Assembly: GCF_009914755.1 (NCBI RefSeq)
Contig: NC_060940.1
Reading direction: 5' to 3' (one strand)
Length of the DNA stretch: 64,000 nt
DNA from: the human T2T-CHM13v2.0 reference genome, Homo sapiens
This document shows, in pieces, positions 1 through 14,665 of the stretch (its first letter is position 1; every line of letters starts with the position of its first letter). The notes below the pieces were generated by a model that saw only the letters and a list, made by a program, of their open reading frames with translations, was not told the DNA's origin and searched no databases. Position numbers and translations under genes: made by a program.

Positions 1-382
1 CCAGGCTAGGAACCTCCAAAGCTAACATTGCCAGGACCTTATTAGGAACATTTGAAACACTGAATTAAATCTTGAAAGAAGGGGAATTGGAGTGGCAGAG
101 CACAGTGGGAAAGCTCTGCAACCCAAAGGAGAAACCCTGCACAGAGCCCCTGGTTTCCTGCCCAGGCCTAGCGAGTGGGATGGACTCTCCTTCCTTGGCC
201 TACAGGAAGTACCCGGGGTTCCCAGGTCCAGCCTGACCATTCCTCAGGGGTCCTGCTTCCTCCCACCCTCCATCCCCAGGAGCCATGCTCCCTGTCTCTG
301 CAGGGTGGAGTAAAGACAGCATCTCGCATTCTACAGGCCCCATCCATCCCTGCTGCAAAATAACACTTTTGACAATGCACAA

Positions 383-578
383 TCCTCAAGCACCTATTGT
401 GTGCCTGCCCCTGTGCTAAACACTTTGCATTCATTACCTCCTCTGCTCCACATGACAACCCTCCTGAGAAGGTATTATTAGCCCTGTTTACAGATGGGGA
501 AACTGAGGTGCAGAGAAGCCCTAGGTCATATCGCTGGAAGAGTCAGAGCAGGACCTCCCAAGCCTGTGCTCTCAACCC
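383..578 (-). mobile_element. MIR
   Basis: ACAGATGGGGAAACTGAGG core plus AAGCACCTATTGTGTGCC end. Confidence 0.8.
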
Positions 579-664
579 GCCTTGTACAAGCATCAGGATT
601 TTTGCTGTATTTATGGTAGACCTGTGGTGTTGTTTACTTAATGTTTTTCTTTAAACAAACTCCC

Positions 665-980
665 TTTTTTTTTTTTTTTTTTTTTTTTTTGAGATGGAGT
701 CTCGCTCTGTCACCCAGGCTGGAGTGCAGTCGCGCAATCTCCACTCACCGCAAGCTCCGCCTCCCAGGTTCACGCCATTCTCCTGCCTCAGCCTCCTGAG
801 TAGCTGGGACTACAGGCGCCCATCACCACACCCGGCTAATTTTTTTTTTTTTTTGTATTTTTAATAGAGACGGGGTTTCACCGTGTTAGCCAGGATGGTC
901 TCAATCTCCTGACCTCATGATCCGCCCGCCTCAGCCTCCCAAAGTGCTGGGATTACAGGTGTGAGCCCCCACGCCTGGCC
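665..980 (-). mobile_element. AluY, full length
   Basis: AluY diagnostics (GCAAGCTCCGCC, TTCACGCCATTC, ACCGTGTTAGCCAGGATGG); TSD CAAACTCCCTTT at 656-667 and 981-992. Confidence 0.93.
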
Positions 981-1152
981 CAAACTCCCTTTATTTTTTA
1001 ACTTAAATACATTTATTTAAATGAGACAAGTGTATCACTATGGAATGTGTAAAAATAGTATCTATTGTCAAAAGTAAGCCGGAAAGAAAACAGGGAGCAC
1101 AAGTTGCCAGTGAACACTGTCGCCTGCCAAAGGCGCGCCCTGGTCCTGCTCA

Positions 1153-1527
<375 letters not shown>

Positions 1528-2165
1528 GACAGGATTGATGGAGATGCCAGAGGGATCTCTTTCTCACCTGTGACCCAGCACTGTAAGCACCGTGCCTAGA
1601 CTCCTAATAGCATCCCCCAGGACTCATCCACCTACAGTGCCATTTGGCCACCAGTGGAAAATGTTTCTCCATCCTGTCCTGGAATTCCAGGGTTCAACGC
1701 CATGTGTCTACTGCCCAGGCCCTATGGCCAAGTGCTCGATAGTCAGGCTCTCCCTCAAAGTGACCCCAAGGCCCAAGACCACAACCAGTGTCCACGCACA
1801 CACCCGAATATCATACCCTGAGTCCCCACACATCTGAATGGCACCACCGTCTGCAAAGGGGCCCACACGGGAAAGAAGGAAGCTGTTTCTACCTCTCCCT
1901 TCATCCCAGCATCTGCTGATATTCCCTGAAAAAGTGCCAGGCTGTGAGCCAGTTAGGCAGGAATCAGGCATCTCCACCATCCCTGCTCTGATGGAGTTCT
2001 CAGTTCAATGACAAATAATGGCAGTGCACCCCAGACAGCTCTAACTGGGCTACAACAAAGGTCTGGAAGACAGACAAGGAAATTGTTGCTTAACTTGCAG
2101 GGAAAGGGATTGGAGAGGTTCACAAAGGAGGTGACGCTTACCTAGAGGTTAAGAAAGCCTCTCTC

Positions 2166-2420
<255 letters not shown>

Positions 2421-2832
2421 AAGAAAGCCTCTCTCTTCCATCCCCTGGTGACTGTTGATACAGGGCTGTGGATCACTTAGGGATGCCTGGCCCCATTTTG
2501 CAAATGAGGAAATAGAGAGCCAGCAGGTTTCAGTAACACAGCGTCACACTGGCCCTCCAGATGAAGCTGAGGTTGAAAGTCAGTTGCCAAATCTGTTTTC
2601 TTTCCCAATATTCCACTGTTTCTCAAATGGGCACTCAGCAAATGTTCAATGACTTGAATCAAATTCCTACATCTCCAAACTGGGTGAAAAGCACTTGAAT
2701 GCAGGAGTCATTTCTTGTACTTCTTTCTCCCCCATCAGCCTCCAGTTCCCCCAGTGCCATGCCCACAGCACTGAGTGTACAGCTCCCTGCAGATCAGAGT
2801 TGTTTAATAAAATGAAGGTGTGAGAAGTGTTA

Positions 2833-3300
<468 letters not shown>

Positions 3301-3333
3301 AACACTAAAGTCGGTTGTGTGTCTTCTGACTGT

Positions 3334-3638
3334 GGCCAGATAAAGTGGTTCACCCCTGTAATCCCACCACTTTGGGACGCTGAGGCTGGAGGATTGCTTG
3401 AACAAAGGAGTTTGAAACCAGCCTGGGCAACATGGTGAGACCCTCATCTCCACAAAAATATTAAAAAATTATCTGGGCATGGTGGTGCGTGCCTATAGTC
3501 CCAGCTCCTCAGGAGGCTGAGGTGGGAGTATCGCTTGAGCCCAAGAGTTTAAGGCTGCAACAAGCTATGATTTCACCACTGCACTCCAGCCAGAGTGACA
3601 AAGTGAGAGCCCCGTCTCAAAAAAAGAAAAAAATAATA
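3334..3638 (+). mobile_element. AluJ
   Basis: GGAGGATTGCTTG / GAGCCC J-type diagnostics. Confidence 0.88.
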
Positions 3639-3816
3639 ACTGTGCTTTAAGAACTAGATTGGGCTTCTTCAATACTATCCACCTCTACCAGGCCAGTAGC
3701 CAGCCACTGGGTTCCCGTTTCAGCACCTCTTTCAGAATCTGGGAGGGAAAAGTCATTGATGCAGAACAATCCCCTTGGGTTTCACGCTGTGGGAGAGAAG
3801 CCTTTGCCGAGAACCT

Positions 3817-3835
3817 TGGTTCCCCCTAGTGGCCA
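3817..3835 (-). promoter_or_regulatory. Possible weaker CTCF motif, reverse orientation
   Basis: Minus strand TGGCCACTAGGGGGAACCA; good 5' core but lacks the terminal C-R-S positions. Confidence 0.35.
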
Positions 3836-4262
3836 TCAGAGGCAGTAGCACCCAGCCAGTATGGAGTCATTTCTTGAAAGCAGGAAGAGAGGCCTCTGGC
3901 CAGAGAAGGAGAAAGGTCAAGTCCAGCCAGCCAGGACCTCCGGGCACTGCTCCTGGACCAGTCCCCAGCCTGAGACAGCCCACGGCAGTCAGTGACAGAG
4001 GGAGGGTCTGTGCAGACACCCATGGAAAATTCATTAACTCAGAATCTGAATGTTTATGAATGACCTTTTCCCCCAAAGAACTTTCATAACCAATGCTTTC
4101 GATATGATCTGGAAGTTGGAAATTAACAACACTACTATTGACACAAAGTGGGCTTTAAAAGTGCTTCTTACAAGATTTTTCTCCATATTCCTGTATCTAA
4201 ACAATTGATAGTTTTTAATAGCCATCATTGAACCAATAGCAGCCACTTATTAAGGCATTTAG

Positions 4263-4635
<373 letters not shown>

Positions 4636-5056
4636 TAGAAACTGTTTTTGAGGGCAATTTTGGTACTGCTATTCAAGGGCCTGAGCCTCCCTTGAATTTC
4701 CCCCAACTCCCTGCAGGCTGGGCAGGAAATATAGTCAGGACCTTGCCCCATCCTCTCTGTCCGAGCCAGGCCCACTCCTTCCTGGTTGAGGAGCTCCCAG
4801 GCAGCCCAGTGAGCCCTGGGCTCAGTGAATTGTGCCAGACTTGGGGCAGGGAACATCTCCATGGCAGTGGTGCAGAGTGAACCACCCACAAAACAGCTCC
4901 TTGAGGAGAAATTGCCTTTGGAGTTTCAGCTCCTTAACTGCCTGTGCACGGCCCAGAAAACCTGCCAGAGGGTGATCTTCATTGAACTAGAGCAGCAGCA
5001 GGAAGGCCTTTGCTGAAGAGGCACAAATAACCCTCGCCAAGGCCCTTCTCAGGACC

Positions 5057-5080
5057 CTGCTGCTGCTGCTGCTGCTGCTG
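5057..5080 (+). repeat. (CTG)8 microsatellite
   Basis: Eight perfect CTG units counted. Confidence 0.95.
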
Positions 5081-6889
5081 CAGATTGAGGGAGGAGGCGC
5101 CCAGGCACTGGTGATGGGTTTTCGGAAAACAGCTCCCACATCTGTGCCTTACACTAACTGGGGGCCCAACAGCTGGGCTGCTTCCAGAGGCAGGGCCAGG
5201 CCAGCAGTAGCAATAAGAAGCTTTAGAGGTGATTCGGTAGACGGCCCAGAATCCTGAATACATGGGGCATGATTGCATGCCAAGCGCTTTCTTTACATGC
5301 ATTGTGGCATTTAAGCCCCCCAAAACTCCAGTGACAGAGGCTTTTAGGAACCCTATGTGAGAGACGAGGAGACTGTGGCATGGAGACATTAAGGAATTTA
5401 TTCAAAGAGCGAAGTTGCAGAGGCAGAAGCAAACCCATGTCTATGTGACCACACACGACTCCCAGGTGCCAAACAGGCAGTGTCCACTCTTCTACCTCCA
5501 ACCTCACCAGCCTTGCCCCTGGTTCATCCCAAAGCCGCTCACCACAGCCAATGCACAACCACATCTGTTCCCATCAGACATGGGTCCCACTTGTTGCCAT
5601 CCGAAGGGCACAATGTCTCTCTCCATGAAGCTCACCAGTTTGCCCCGTGCAGATGGTGATTGTGATCGTGACTATGACTGTGTTCTTACTCATGGCCGGT
5701 GATCTCTCAGCAGCTGCCCTGGGTGAGGGAGGAGATGCAGACAGAACCTCTTTGCCGTACCCTCTGCCTGCCTTGGGTAAGGACTGGACCAGCTACTACT
5801 GGAAAAGCACCCCATAGGCCTCATCCTAAAGAAACCCACCCTCATCCACCCTCTTAACAACTGCCACAGGTGGGTTCTGAGCACTTAATACCTTGCCCTC
5901 CCCATCCTCAAGTCCTCCAAAAGCTCCTCTTGCTTTCAGGATAAAACCCAAGTTTCTGACCTCACGTAGCAGGTGTCTTATGATCTCACCTTCTCAGCCT
6001 CTCCAAGCTCACCTCCGCCCTGCACCCTTCCACCCACTAGTCATGCCAGTCAATGTGCCCTTCCCTGCGACATTGTCCACTGTCACCACTCCAGACATTT
6101 ACACGCAGGCTTTCCTCTCTTTACAATGCACTTCCTTTCCATGAAGCTGTCTGCTGGGAAAAAGCTATTCAGCTTGCAAACTCTGGCTCAGGGGTTTTTC
6201 CCCTGAGAAGGCTTCCGTGGGGTCCCCTCCCCACTAACCTCCAGGCACAGAAAAGGGTTCTCTTCTCCTGGCCGCTCTCCTCAACACCTAGTGCATCCAT
6301 CTCTGTACTTCGCTCTCACCTCTGTATTTTCAACATTGGTGTACATGCGTTTCCCCTGGTCTGTGAGCTCCTGGAGAGCAGGGCAGTGCTTGAGCAAGTG
6401 CTATATTCTGGGACCCTAATCTGGCCTGGACAGTGATTGACACTAAAAGAATTGTGTTGATTGAGTGAGCAGGAAGAGGGCGTTGCAGTGGTCCAAGAAG
6501 GGAAGATGTGGGGAGGGTCTGGATGAAGTCAGTGGCACTGGAGGTGGCAACAGAGAGCTGCCCATTTGAATTGTTTCCATGAGGTGGGCATTCTAAGGAG
6601 TGTGGTGCCAGAGGCCCATGATAAGCTGGATGCTCAAGGATGAGTGACACGTGGGTGGGTGGACGGATGGAGAGGAGAGGACATCCACTCCACTTAGAGA
6701 CAGTGATCTGGGGAGACCTTGGCAGCAGAAGGAAGGACAAAGAACATGAGCCCCTTCTGAGGTCCAGCTGTATTCTTGGCATCGTGCAGGCCAGTTACAG
6801 TCTCCAATTTCATACACCCAGGAATCATCGATAACCAAAAGTCAGGGGGCAGCAGTCAACTTCTGCTCAGCACTGACACCTTTAAGAAA

Positions 6890-8140
<1,251 letters not shown>

Positions 8141-8149
8141 TTTTTTAAA

Positions 8150-8365
8150 AGACCATACAGTCAGACCATCTGGGTTCAAATGCTAGCTACCTCTTACCAG
8201 TTTTGTGACCCAGATCATCTCTGAGACTCTATATCCTTGTCTATAAAATGCGAATACTAATGGTTCTTACCTGGCTGCACCACACCTATTAAGTGAGATA
8301 GTTAATGTGTGGTAAGAGCAGCTCAGCAGCCTGAGACTTGGCAAAGCATGAAATAAATGTTGATC
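8150..8365 (+). mobile_element. MIR
   Basis: CTGGGTTCAAATGCTAGCT...TATAAAATG...AATAAATGTT. Confidence 0.7.
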
Positions 8366-9264
8366 GAGTAAAATTAGCTTCCCCATGGTCCTGCCATGGA
8401 GCAAGTGGAGTGAAGCATAGGCGAGGATGGCCCCAAGGACATGGCGCAGAGGGCAGAGCTGAACCAGGAAGCTGTGACGCCAGCCCGCTCACTGCCCTGA
8501 GGGTGAAGTGAGGCCAGAATCCTCGGGAAAAACTGGTGCTGGGAGCCCTGTGTGCCTCCATGGCCCCAGACATAAATAGGGGTTGACATTGTCATTTATG
8601 AACAAGTCATGATTTCTGAGCTGCTGGGGGCTGCAAGAAGGAGATGGACGGTTGCTGCCCAGTGATTTGCTGTGGGAGTGCTTGGTAGCTAGAGCAGGCA
8701 GCCCAACTCCAACTAAGCCAGGGGACAGACAGACTTGGAAAGTAGATGGAGGGCTGTGTGTGGAAACTGAGGCACGGGCACAGGCCACACATCAGTGTGG
8801 AGGTGAAAAAGCTGTCGCTCCACAGCCTCCCTGGAACAGAGCCCAGGGGGTGTGACTGAGCCCACCCCACCTGCCATATGTGCAGGGGCACCCTCCGTGG
8901 CTCTGGGTTCCTTACAGACCCTAGAGGCACCCACCTCTGCCGATGTTAGCAGGGATCACCCCTCTGCAGAGCCACAAGGACCACGGTCAGACACCCATGA
9001 GCCTGGCTGGTCCCCACCAAGCCTGTTTCGGGGCCCCTTCTCCAAAAATGACACTAATTAATTTGTGATCTCCGGCAGGGGTTCCACTGCACCCTGCATC
9101 TGTCAACCTAATTACAAAATAGCTCTTCCAGGCTGACTCACAGCCTTGGGTGATCCCAGCACAGGCACCAACAGCTGGAGGGAACAACAATGACTACAAA
9201 AAAAAATAAAAAAGAAAGAAAAATCAAGGCTGCTAATGATGATAATGATAATCATACAAGCCAT

Positions 9265-9490
9265 TATTTATCCAGCTCCCAATGAGGTGCCAGGTACTTT
9301 ACAGATATTATCCCCAATATTCCCAAAGACTCTAAAGATACCATTAACATAATTTCCCAAACCAGGAAACTAAGGTTCAGAGAGGTTAAGGAATTTGTCT
9401 GAAGTCACACAGCCAGTTAACAGCAGACCTAAGCTATAAACCAAGGGATGGCTTACTACAGTGAAGCCCATGTTCTTACAATGCAGTACA
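9265..9490 (-). mobile_element. MIR
   Basis: AGGAAACTAAGGTTCAGAGAGGTTAAG...GTCACACAGC. Confidence 0.75.
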
Positions 9491-10457
9491 CTTCCTAAGG
9501 AGTTTCTTGCACCCTTTACAGGGACTTCTGTCTCCCCACAACTACATGATGTTGCATCTAATCCCTCAACCCCAATTTCCAGGAACACAGCCTGGAAACT
9601 TTATTGTACAGATCAATGCCTAGCTGGACTCCAGTGGTGACCCAGCAAGATCCCACTTCTTAGGGACAGAAACTTGGGTTGGGCACCATTTAAAAGAGAG
9701 GCCACATTTTTTATTTTACTACCTGAGGCCATGAGGCTGCTGTCCTGCAGGAAGATGCCAGGTTCCCCCTAAGGTCTCAAAAGGTACATATGTTCTCCAT
9801 CACGGCCTCTGCAGCTGAGAGCAGAACACCTTCTGTGCACAGGTCACCTACAATGTACCGGGCACCATGCTAGACACAGGGAGGTGAATAGCCAGGAAAA
9901 AAACAGATATGGAAATGGGCAAAGGTAAAAGAGAGAAGGCTGTGAAAAGTGCTCAGGATTCAAGACAAACTGCAGTGGGAGCTCACAAGAAGAAGGGGTT
10001 ACTTCCAGCTTGGGAGAAGGCTGGGTGCAGGAGGAAGCATTTCAGCTGGGGAAGCAGGTGCACTGTGCACATGAAGGCAGAGGTGCTCGGGGCAGAGGAA
10101 ACTGCAAGAGCAAAGGCGCCAGGAAAATGGGTCCATCCAAGACATGTGGAGGTGATTCATTCACACACTCAACAAATTCTACATCGAGCACTTGGAGAGC
10201 GAAGGACTTGGGAAGGGAGAGTGGATGCAGAGTTCCTGAAGGTCACGCCATATGGCCTCTGGTCCCAGGGCAATAGGGAAATGGGGAGCTATGGAAGGAT
10301 GTAGAGCAGGTGATGGTGAAGGTGCGGATGTCACATACAAGATCAAGACAAGTGGTTCAAGAAGCTGATGGTGGAGAGGACTGGTTTGGTTAGGATGATG
10401 CTGAGCATCAGAAAAAGCCCTGCATCCCACCCGCCCTGAGCAGCCACTTCTCCTGCA

Positions 10458-10789
<332 letters not shown>

Positions 10790-11224
10790 TAAATGTATCA
10801 CTTTCTTTCCCCTCTATTCATTTACTTGGCGTTTGCTCATCAGAGAGAAAAATGATCTGCAAACAGAATGGCACAGCGGTGTGTCGTATTTGAGCATTAG
10901 GAGAATGAAATGGACTCAAAAAGAAAAGCTAATTTCAAGCAAATGTGGCTTCAGCACACACATATACCCTTTGCAGAGCCTGGTCCTCCCCTGGGTAAAC
11001 TGGCCCCAGCCTGGGAAGGGGACACCCACAGGAGAGCCACAGGAGGCTCAGAGAGCAGGAAGGGTGTTTGCCAAGCGCTCCCAGGGGGTACAGGAATAGC
11101 CCTGTGACCCACGGGGCAGGGAATGATGGGGAAGGGAGGGAGTGGTAGGAGTAGTAGGGGAGGCTGGGAGTCTCCACATTTACTCAGGGCAGCCCTGGCT
11201 CCTGCCTCTCCCCAGCCTTCATGA

Positions 11225-11390
11225 TGCTCAAGCCTGGGTGAGCATTCTACTCTTCAGGCAGCTTGCTGACAATGCAGATTCCCAGGCCCCAGACCAGCTG
11301 TATCCAAATTTAGGTGCTGCCTAGGAATCTGTATTTTCAACAAGTCTCCCCAGGTCATCCTAAATGCCCATCTCGGTTTGGGAAGTGCAC
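11225..11390. mobile_element. MER5A-like hAT MITE
   Basis: AATGCAGATTCCCAGGCCCC...GGAATCTGTATTTTCAACAAG. Confidence 0.7.
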
Positions 11391-12180
11391 CCCATCCTGC
11401 CCTTTCGGCACAGGGACCCACCTTCTCTCTCCCTCTGGGGCCACTTCCAGTACCCCTGCAGGGCCTTCTGACTACAGCCCCCACGGCCTCTTTCTAAAAG
11501 TCCTCCTTTAGGGATGAGACGCTGAGTGTCCTGCCCCCTTCCAGCTCAACTGCCTCCAGACAGGGGCCCCAGGCCACTTTGCTGGGTGCTACCACGGCTC
11601 AGGGGCCACAGTTTGTGGTTAACTCTGTTCTGCTTTGTCTTGTAGGAGTTACGGGTGTGAACTTCACGCCACCTCATTGCCGTGCCAGAAATGCCATGTT
11701 ACTTGTTTAATAGCCAGTTAATCTCATCTCTAGGCCCTGCATCTCAAAGTGGTGAGAAATTTCATCTCGACTTCTTGGGATGGGGTGGGATGCACCCTTA
11801 GGTGCAATCTGGGTGGTAGCGCCTCCGGTTCTCAGGTTGCTCTGTTTACCTTGAGTTCATTGCCTGCTGTTCAAGCCCCTTATTCCCAGTGGGGCTGGGT
11901 CAGGGATCCCCTTTGCCCAGGATCATTAGCTTCCTAGGGGCTCCACAAAGCCAGTACCTCTTAGGTCCTGCTCCCCCTCCCCCAAAACCCAATGAGCAGG
12001 GCACCCAAAACCCTATGTCCTTTCCAGTCCTGGGAATTTCCTCCCACGGGCTATATCTGTCCTCTTGCCTCTACCTTTCCAGAGTGTTCTTCCCTCCCTC
12101 CCCTGCTTCTCTTTCCTGGACATGGCAAAGCTGACCTGCTTTTCCTTACTCACATGCCTCTACACAGGCATATTGATTGA

Positions 12181-12496
<316 letters not shown>

Positions 12497-12716
12497 AGGA
12501 TTTTTTAAAATTAATAAAACTCTTAGTCCACTGGTTTCAAATGAGTGGCTTAGAATCTAATACTTTTACTAATACTAATACTTGTAACACAATAAACAAT
12601 AAGGAAGAAAGAGCTCTCATTTGTTGAATTCTGCCACAAGCAGACCGTGTCACAGAAGCTTCCGCACAGGAGCAGTTCTCATTCCCAGCTGCACACTGGA
12701 CTCGCCTGGAGCTTTC

Positions 12717-12985
<269 letters not shown>

Positions 12986-14484
12986 GCCTTTTTTTTTTTT
13001 TTTTTTTTTTTAACTGCTGATATTCAGATCTCTCACACCAGAAATTCTGATGAAATTGATCCAGGAGGGACTCGGGATAGACCCAAGCTCAGTACCTGCC
13101 TTAATCACCCTGATGATTCTCAATGTGCACCCAGGCTTGAGAACCTCATCGGGGCCCTTTGAGGTGAGTGTTGTTAGTGTCTCCATTCTGTAAATGGGGA
13201 AACTGAGGCCTAGAGGCTTTAGGAAGAGGTGGAGGTGGGAGCAGGGGAGGCAGAGCCAGGGGCTGCCCAGACTGGGGTAATTCGTCTGGCGGCTGGGGGA
13301 GGGGGAACTCTGCCTTCACCCTGCTGCTGTCTAAGCAGATCCTGGCTGGGGTTGAGGATGCGGGCTGCAGCCTTGGGCCATTCACAGCGAATCACCAGTG
13401 GGTGGCGATGGTGGAGAAAATAGACTCCAGCCGCCAGCCACAGCCAGGGAGGAGGGAGCCCAGGCAGATGGCCCTGCCTGCCTGTGAGTCAACCCCTCCT
13501 TGGCACTGGCTGGTAGCCCCCCAAACAAGGACCATGGTGGGCTCCTGTCTTTTTCCCAGGGCCAGGCTGTAGCAGATTTGGCAGTTGGCTGGGTGGGGCT
13601 GGCCCAGGCTTATGCAGGAAGAACAAATTTCAGATAGGACCAAATTCTGCAATTAAAAAAAAAAAAATAGCAGCCCCATGAATAAAATAACATATAGGGG
13701 GGGAAAGGGGGTAGTTCTCCTGGTCCCAGATCATCTGGCTTCAATTCCCACAACTGGCAGCGGAGTAATAGTGAGATATATAATTAGCAGCTGTTATTAC
13801 ATTACCATGCCTGATACATGCTGATTAGATGCCATTCACATGGAAAGAACTTGGGTGACTTACGCCCCACCTCGGCTGTGAGAGAGCTTCAGACCAGGAA
13901 GGCCGAGGGAAATGGTAGGGGTCGGGGGGAAGGACCCCTGGCCGAGCCTCTGGACCTCTCAGAGTGGACAAAACACATCCTAGATATGCCCCACCCCATG
14001 TCCTCATTTACATAATGGAGACACTAACAATGCTCACCTCAAAGGGTCCTGGTGAGTATCACAGCCCACAGCCCCCCTCCCCACCCCAACACCTCAGTGG
14101 GACTCATTTTCCTCCCCTGTTGATGAAGCAAGCCCTTTGGCTTGTTGGACCCAGCATCTACTTCCCCCCACAGCATGACTCCAGGGCCAGCAGCGATACT
14201 TCACATTCCCCATCAGACTCTCAGAAGACGTTCTGTGTATTAATCAATTCAGGACACTTAGGGATTCTGAGCAGCTGGTTATTTCAAAACAGCATTTCAC
14301 ATGGTCCAGCAGGCAAGCCCTGCCCAGGACTGAGACCAGACAGGTCCTCGGGTCAGAGCTGCTTTCCCAGATCTGCTGGGGCTGGGGAAACTGTTCTCCA
14401 AGGCTGCCACCCCACTAGTTGATTGAGTGAAGTCTTGAGGGGCTAAGGGAGGGATACTGGATCTCTGCAGGGATGTCTAAACCA

Positions 14485-14665
14485 GGATCCTCAGACTGTG
14501 TTTCATGTGCCACCCATGCCACCGTTGGTGCCTATGAAAATGCAGATTTCAGGGTCCTGCCCGAGCCCTGCTGAATCACTGGGAGTGGTGGCAGGCCTGG
14601 GAATCTGTATTTTCACAAGGCCCGCAGACAATTTTCATTCACATAGAAGTTTGGGAAGCCCTGAT
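14485..14665. mobile_element. MER5-family hAT MITE
   Basis: AAAATGCAGATTTCAGGG...GGGAATCTGTATTTTCACAAG...AAGTTTGGGAAGCCCTG. Confidence 0.7.

Noticed and set aside
4979-5389. PolyQ-containing ORFs (also 42369-42569)
   Set aside because: The Q runs come from genomic CTG microsatellites; there is no exon structure or homology.
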